From Tolypothrix carrinoi HA7290-LM1 (GTDB lineage: Bacteria; Cyanobacteriota; Cyanobacteriia; Cyanobacteriales; Nostocaceae), in contig JAHHIK010000165.1 of assembly GCA_019358935.1 (NCBI GenBank), forward strand, positions 1 to 12,371: a stretch of DNA of 12,371 nucleotides. The letters run 5' to 3'. Position 1 is the stretch's first letter, and each line of letters starts with the position of its first letter. Of this stretch, positions 7,943 to 12,371 are shown in pieces. The notes under the pieces were generated by a model. The model was not told the DNA's origin. It saw nothing but the letters and a program-made list of their open reading frames with translations, and made no database searches. Position numbers and translations under genes: made by a program.

Positions 7943-9982
7943 CTAATTAGACACTCGCCAAATCTTGATAGTATTGTCCTCACTACCGCTGACGAGGGTT
8001 TTGCCATCGGGACTCAGGGCAAGGGATGTCACAGTTTGGGAATGCCCCAAAAGGGTGCGGATTTGCTTTCCGGTATCGAGATTCCACAATTTGATCGTTT
8101 GGTCGCGACTGCCAGTAGCAAGAATTTTGCCATCGGCACTAAAAGCAAGGGATGTGACTGTTTTGGAATGCCCAGAGAGTGTACGAAGTTGCTGACCGGT
8201 GGTAAGATTCCACAATTTGATAGTTTGGTCGCGACTGCCACTGGCAAGCATCTTACCATCAGGGCTGATGGCGACGGATGTTACGGTTTGGGAATGCCCC
8301 ATGAGGGTGCGAATTTCCTCACCGGTTGCCAGATGCCAGAGTTTGATGGTATTGTCAAAACTACCACTGGCAAGAATTTTTCCATTTGGGCTGATAGCGA
8401 CAGACCGAACCCAGAATGAATGTCCTTTGAGTGTGCGAATTTTTCTGCCGGTATCGAGATTCCACACTTTGATAGTATTGTCATCACTACCATCAACAAG
8501 AGTCTTGCCGTCGGCGGTGATGGCAAGGGCATGAACTGAGTCAGAATGCCCTACAAGAGTGCGAATTTGTCGTCCTGTATCGAGATTCCATACTTTAATT
8601 GTTTTGTCCTCACTACCACTAACCAGTTTTTGTCCGTCTGGGCTGATAGCGAGGACATTAACCCTGTTGGAGTGTCCTTTCAGGGTATAAATTTCCTCTC
8701 CGGTTGCCAGATTCCATACTTTGATAGCGCGATCGCTATTACTGGCAATAGTGTTACCATCTGGACTGATGGCGACAGACAAAACCGAGTTATGAAAATT
8801 ATTGAGTGTTTCGGAATTAGAAAAGTTCCCGAAGCTAATTGGTGAAGGATGTCTTAAAATCGCTTCTATCCTATCAGGATTAATGTTTGGTTGATTCAAA
8901 CTAGAGGATAAGCTGGTTTCTAAACGGCGAGATTGCTTATACCAAACATCTCCTAATCCCAACAACATAACCACACTACCTATCAAAAATAAATTTCTCA
9001 GTACTGCATACTGTTTTGGTAAAGATGGTGCTTGAGTTGGTGGCGGTTTTACAGCCGAGTATCGAGTTGCTGCTGGTACTTGCAGTAACTGTTTTTGAGT
9101 TAAATCTCTGAGAACTTCATCAACTGATTGATAGCGCTGGTGAATCTCTTTTTTTAACAGCTTGTCGAGAATCCAATCCAATTCATTATTAATCGGACTT
9201 TTTAAATATTGCCGCCAATCTGTAACCCAGCCATACCCATATTCCATCCACAACTGAAAAGGAGAAATTCCCGTTAGCAGATGAAAGCAAGTTGCACCCA
9301 AACCAAACAAATCACTAGATGGATAAGCCTTTCCGTCCCTAATTTGTTCAATCGGGGAATAGCCATGTGAACCAATTGAAGTACCAATTTTATTTTGTAC
9401 TCTTGCTGTTAACTGTTTTGAAGAGCCAAAATCTATCAAATTTAATCGCCCGTCACTTTGAGATCGGATAATATTTTCCGGTTTGATATCTCGGTGAATG
9501 ACTCCGCGTTCGTGGATAAACTTCAAAGTCGGTAATAAGTCTATCAAAATTTGTTTAATTTCCTGATAGTTATAACCTTTCCGTAACTGCAACTCTTTTA
9601 ATAAATTGTGTCCGTCGATAAACTGCTGCACCAAATATAGACAGCCGTCTTGCTCAAAATAAGCTAATAGAGTTGGAATTTGCGGATGTTGTCCGAGTTC
9701 TTGCAGTCGTTTCGCTTCTGCTTGAAACAACTCCATTGCTTTTTTTTGCGCCCAACTGCCTTGGAATTTTGGCGCTAATTGCTTGATGACGCAGCGATCG
9801 TTAAGTTTATCGATATCTTCTGATAGATAGGTTCTGCCGAATCCACCCTCATCTGAAAGTACTCGAATTACACGGAAACGATTTCGCAACAGTGGCACGA
9901 GAGGAGTGCTGCATGTTTGACAAAACTTCTTTCCTTCAAGATTTAGGGGATTTGGGCAATCGGGATTTATGCAGCAGATCAT
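7943..9982 (-). CDS. Second membrane Ser/Thr kinase (zinc ribbon, kinase, TM, 7 WD40); start placed at ATG 9982 rather than TTG 10009
   Basis: MICCINPDC aligns with MLCCLNPDC of the paralog; HRDIKPEN, DFG, GYSPIEQ; TM LFLIGSVVMLLGLGDVWY; 7 WD40 repeats. Confidence 0.94.
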   Translation of the reverse strand: MICCINPDCPNPLNLEGKKFCQTCSTPLVPLLRNRFRVIRVLSDEGGFGRTYLSEDIDKLNDRCVIKQLAPKFQGSWAQKKAMELFQAEAKRLQELGQHPQIPTLLAYFEQDGCLYLVQQFIDGHNLLKELQLRKGYNYQEIKQILIDLLPTLKFIHERGVIHRDIKPENIIRSQSDGRLNLIDFGSSKQLTARVQNKIGTSIGSHGYSPIEQIRDGKAYPSSDLFGLGATCFHLLTGISPFQLWMEYGYGWVTDWRQYLKSPINNELDWILDKLLKKEIHQRYQSVDEVLRDLTQKQLLQVPAATRYSAVKPPPTQAPSLPKQYAVLRNLFLIGSVVMLLGLGDVWYKQSRRLETSLSSSLNQPNINPDRIEAILRHPSPISFGNFSNSETLNNFHNSVLSVAISPDGNTIASNSDRAIKVWNLATGEEIYTLKGHSNRVNVLAISPDGQKLVSGSEDKTIKVWNLDTGRQIRTLVGHSDSVHALAITADGKTLVDGSDDNTIKVWNLDTGRKIRTLKGHSFWVRSVAISPNGKILASGSFDNTIKLWHLATGEEIRTLMGHSQTVTSVAISPDGKMLASGSRDQTIKLWNLTTGQQLRTLSGHSKTVTSLAFSADGKILATGSRDQTIKLWNLDTGKQIRTLLGHSQTVTSLALSPDGKTLVSGSEDNTIKIWRVSN

Positions 9983-10238
9983 GATCTGATGGGCGCGACT
10001 GCGTGACAAATGATGCTAAGTTTGCCCCAAATTTTCCCTTAATAAAATTGGCTCTCGTGTACTTTTGGTAGACAACCCAGGTTTTGGGGAGTGGGGAATT
10101 ACTTATTAGTATACGTTTGCAATTAATAGTCAGTTTTCCTAAACTCCGGAAAACCAAGAGAGCCGTATGATTTATTATTCTCCCGATTATACAATAATCT
10201 GAACAAAAAATTTTTTTCTGATTCTTAATTTTCTCAAA

Positions 10239-10805
10239 TTAGTTTATACATTGGCAATTCACAATTTGTTTAGTGTTAATTGAAACTTTTTTATAAGTTT
10301 CCATTACTGACACTGAATTGAGTAAAAATGTTTGTTTGTTAATACATGAATAGCGCAGTCGTGTAAGTTTTGCCACTTCTGCAACTAGCTTATCGGGGTC
10401 AAAAGGCTTAAAAATAAGTTCTTGAAAGCCAGCTTCAAAAGCTTTCGCACGCACTTGCGGATGTGCATAACCCGTCAAAGCAAGCGCAGGAAGAAATCCT
10501 CCGATCTTAGCTTCTTTGCGTCTGATAGAGCGAATCAGCGAATAACCATCTTTGCCTTGCATACAGATGTCGCTGATTAAAACATCTGGCTTTGATTCTT
10601 CTATCGCTTCAATGGCTTGATCCACCGATGTTACGGTCTTCACCTGTGCCTGATAATCTTCAAAAATAACTTTAACCAGATACAGGCAATCGATATTGTC
10701 ATCTACTACAAGTATTCGCAAGTTACCAAGAGATGAAAAGTCAACTTGTGGTGTTTTTAGCGATGTGCTTTCTTGAGTATGTGAATCGCAAAAGTTGTTT
10801 GACAC
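10239..10805 (-). CDS. Stand-alone response regulator (receiver domain with short N- and C-terminal extensions)
   Basis: ILVVDDN, LISDICM (phosphoacceptor Asp), ALTG, KPFD; GTG start preceded by AAGGCGG. Confidence 0.88.
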   Translation of the reverse strand: MSNNFCDSHTQESTSLKTPQVDFSSLGNLRILVVDDNIDCLYLVKVIFEDYQAQVKTVTSVDQAIEAIEESKPDVLISDICMQGKDGYSLIRSIRRKEAKIGGFLPALALTGYAHPQVRAKAFEAGFQELIFKPFDPDKLVAEVAKLTRLRYSCINKQTFLLNSVSVMETYKKVSINTKQIVNCQCIN

Positions 10806-10849
10806 ATTAATTACCGCCTTTAGTTGGTGAAAGCGATTAGGAAGTCGAA

Positions 10850-10879
10850 ATAGGCAGATAGTTAACGCTATCTGCCTAT
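10850..10879 (-). promoter_or_regulatory. Perfect 12-bp hairpin 45 nt upstream of the response regulator
   Basis: ATAGGCAGATAG-TTAACG-CTATCTGCCTAT; a short U run at the stem base on the minus strand. Confidence 0.5.
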
Positions 10880-11131
10880 AGAGATATTTATGAGAGAGAA
10901 GTTAAGTTTTTCTAAACTAGAATTATTTTCGTGTAAAAATAGTCTAAAAACTTTTAATTTAATATTTATCTAATGATTGTGTAATATAATTTTATATTTG
11001 CTACAAGTGACGACCATTACAGGTGGCGATCGCCTGAATCAGTTAGGAGCAGCATTGGTTTTACTTTTCTTTACATATAGCAGTTTTATTTATCCAAAAA
11101 ATTGGGCTGATGACAAATATAAAGTTTCATA

Positions 11132-11159
11132 TCCCCGACTTCGCATAAGTTGTCGGGGA
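11132..11159. repeat. TCCCCGAC...GTCGGGGA palindromic dispersed repeat
   Basis: 8-bp inverted repeat at 11132-11139 and 11152-11159; resembles a common cyanobacterial intergenic palindrome. Confidence 0.6.
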
Positions 11160-11313
11160 AAGGCGAAAATGCTTTTTTCTCCAAATCCGAATCCTAACTC
11201 TACCCATTTTGGCATCTTCTTGTTCAATTATTTGTTGTGGGTTGTACCAGGTACTGGCATCGCCATCGTTTAAACTTATCTTTGTGTACTCTTGGTTTCC
11301 CCTTGCCTGAATT
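11157..11313 (-). pseudogene. Frameshifted internal fragment of a cyanobacterial DDE transposase (NF041680-like)
   Basis: Minus strand reads NSGKGKPRVHKDKFKR, then after one extra base GDASTWYNPQQIIEQEDAKMGRVRIRIWRKKHFRLS. This resembles the GRPR.HG.KFKL.D..TW...W..LH segment as I recall it. Confidence 0.6.
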
Positions 11314-11331
11314 CGCTCTTTTTTAGTCTAA

Positions 11332-11374
11332 AGTCCAGTCTGTCGGGAAACCCTCCAAAGGGCGCTGGACTCAC
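11332..11374 (+). repeat. Small dispersed repeat with GGGAAACCC core, same type as the element at 820-919
   Basis: AGTCCAG (11332-11338) pairs with CTGGACT (11365-11371); GGGAAACCC at 11345-11353; ends GCGCTGGACTCAC versus GCGCTGGCTCAC at 908-919. Confidence 0.7.
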
Positions 11375-11428
11375 CGCCTGCGCGGGCTTAATTTTTAGAT
11401 ATTTGTGAATAAATATGAAAAATATTAG

Positions 11429-12214
11429 TCACTCAGCTTTTAACTCTCCAACTAAAGGCTCCTGGGCAATCTTAGCTAAGTCTACTGATTCTAAAAGACT
11501 TTGCCAATCATTTTTTAATTGCTAATCATCAGGACGCTTTTGACGTGCGAGCGCCAAGGTGGTAAGGCTATCGGACCAAATGCCAGAGGCAGCGTAAATA
11601 GCAGCGCGATCGCGCGGTGAAGCTTTGTTTAACTCAGTCGTCAAGTTTTCGTTACTGACGATTTGTTTGAGCCATCCTGTCGTAACTATTATGTCACTAT
11701 ACCGACGTGAAAGGTTACAAATTGCCGCAAAATACCATTGATACTCTTCACCAATTTTGAGCAATGGCTTTTTTGAATTAACAGGTAAGCTGAGGCTAAA
11801 AATACCAGGCTTATTATTTACTTTAAAGGTTTGTTTGTAAAGGTTTTGTCCAGTTGCATCCATCAAAACAAATTCCAATGCTTGTACAGAGGTTTTAGGT
11901 GTTTTAGGAATATAGAAAAATAATTTTGTCCTTTCGGAGGAGGTAAGTGCAAGATTATTGGCAGGCATTAGAGCTATTAATCTATGTTCGGCACCGAACA
12001 AACAATCAGTACCGGTTGTTGGTGCTATCCGCCTACCATCCTTCCTGTCGCTAGTACCTTGATATTTGATCGGCATTAAACGTGATACTGGTGTAACGGG
12101 TGTCTTTTGCTCTAAAGGTATAGATTGTGTTTGAGCCGTTGTTATACCAACAGATAACAATGAACTTGCAACTACAATTGCAACTACAGATTTCATCCCA
12201 AGTACTCGTTGCAT
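11429..12214 (-). pseudogene. DUF928 family exported protein interrupted by an in-frame TAG at 11522-11524
   Basis: Signal peptide; LMP, T.SER..LFFYIP, LEFVL, L.IGEEYQWYF..IC, IYA..GIW.D.L motifs. Past the TAG the frame continues QLKNDWQSLLESVDLAKIAQEPLVGELKAE to TGA at 11429-11431. Confidence 0.8.
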
Positions 12215-12249
12215 GATTTTTCCTCACAACGCTATTGTTGTAGCTATAT

Positions 12250-12371
12250 TTGACATCCTCCCCGGTCTGAAGACACGGGGATTCCAAGAATCACTTCTTG
12301 GGTTTCCTCTTTCCGCGACTCGGCTTATTTAAAGGAGTTTCCCCACCCAAACAGAGGTCGATGTCTCCAGA
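12250..12371 (-). mobile_element. Right end of an IS200/IS605-family element, including the omega/reRNA scaffold region; continues beyond the window
   Basis: Minus strand ends ...GGAATCCCCGTGTCTTCAGACCGGGGAGGATGTCAA, with a subterminal hairpin at 12260-12280 and terminal TCAA; second hairpin CCAAGAA-TCAC-TTCTTGG at 12284-12301. Confidence 0.85.
12291..12371 (-). CDS. tnpB: 3' end of RNA-guided endonuclease TnpB (partial; 5' part outside the window)
   Basis: Reads SGDIDLCLGGETPLNKPSRGKRKPKK*, resembling cyanobacterial TnpB C-termini, directly before the right-end hairpin. No catalytic motif is visible in the window. Confidence 0.7.
   Translation of the reverse strand, partial: SGDIDLCLGGETPLNKPSRGKRKPKK

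Noticed and set aside
7627..8419. ORFs with GIGHRAS, CPLPIAH, MGNGQWA and CPMPDAR repeats
   Set aside because: Translation artefacts of stop-free heptamer arrays.
2429..8845. Many short ORFs overlapping the WD40 regions
   Set aside because: Shadow frames produced by repetitive WD40 codons.
2188..9982. NLR/STAND defence system or diversity-generating retroelement
   Set aside because: No NACHT/NB-ARC P-loop, no reverse transcriptase and no template/variable repeat pair visible.
10977..11273. 98-aa plus-strand ORF
   Set aside because: Spans a palindrome and is antisense to the transposase relic; no recognisable domain.
235..11613. About 15 GCGATCGC palindromes
   Set aside because: HIP1, a routine cyanobacterial signature; useful only for taxonomy.
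12051..12287. 78-aa ORF starting MESPCLQTGEDVK
   Set aside because: It is the translated IS right-end hairpin running out of frame into DUF928.

Overview
This window comes from a filamentous, Nostocales-like cyanobacterium. The evidence is about 15 HIP1 GCGATCGC octamers, STRR-type heptamer arrays and GTAG/REP-like palindromes. The core is a eukaryote-like signalling cluster. It has two paralogous Zn-ribbon/Ser-Thr kinase/TM/7xWD40 proteins, a kinase-less TM/7xWD40 paralog, and a divergent exported protein with a Pro/Thr tandem-repeat stalk and PPC-like domains. The left flank holds a DUF218 (YdcF-like) gene, msrB with a Tat-like leader, a probable 34-aa membrane protein and a small secreted 4-Cys protein. 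The right flank holds a stand-alone response regulator, a frameshifted transposase relic, a DUF928 gene broken by an in-frame TAG, and the 3' end of an IS200/IS605 tnpB with its right end, 35 bp upstream of the DUF928 start. Intergenic DNA carries nested palindromic repeats and a head-to-head heptamer double array centred on HIP1. Family names come from motif recognition only; no searches were run.
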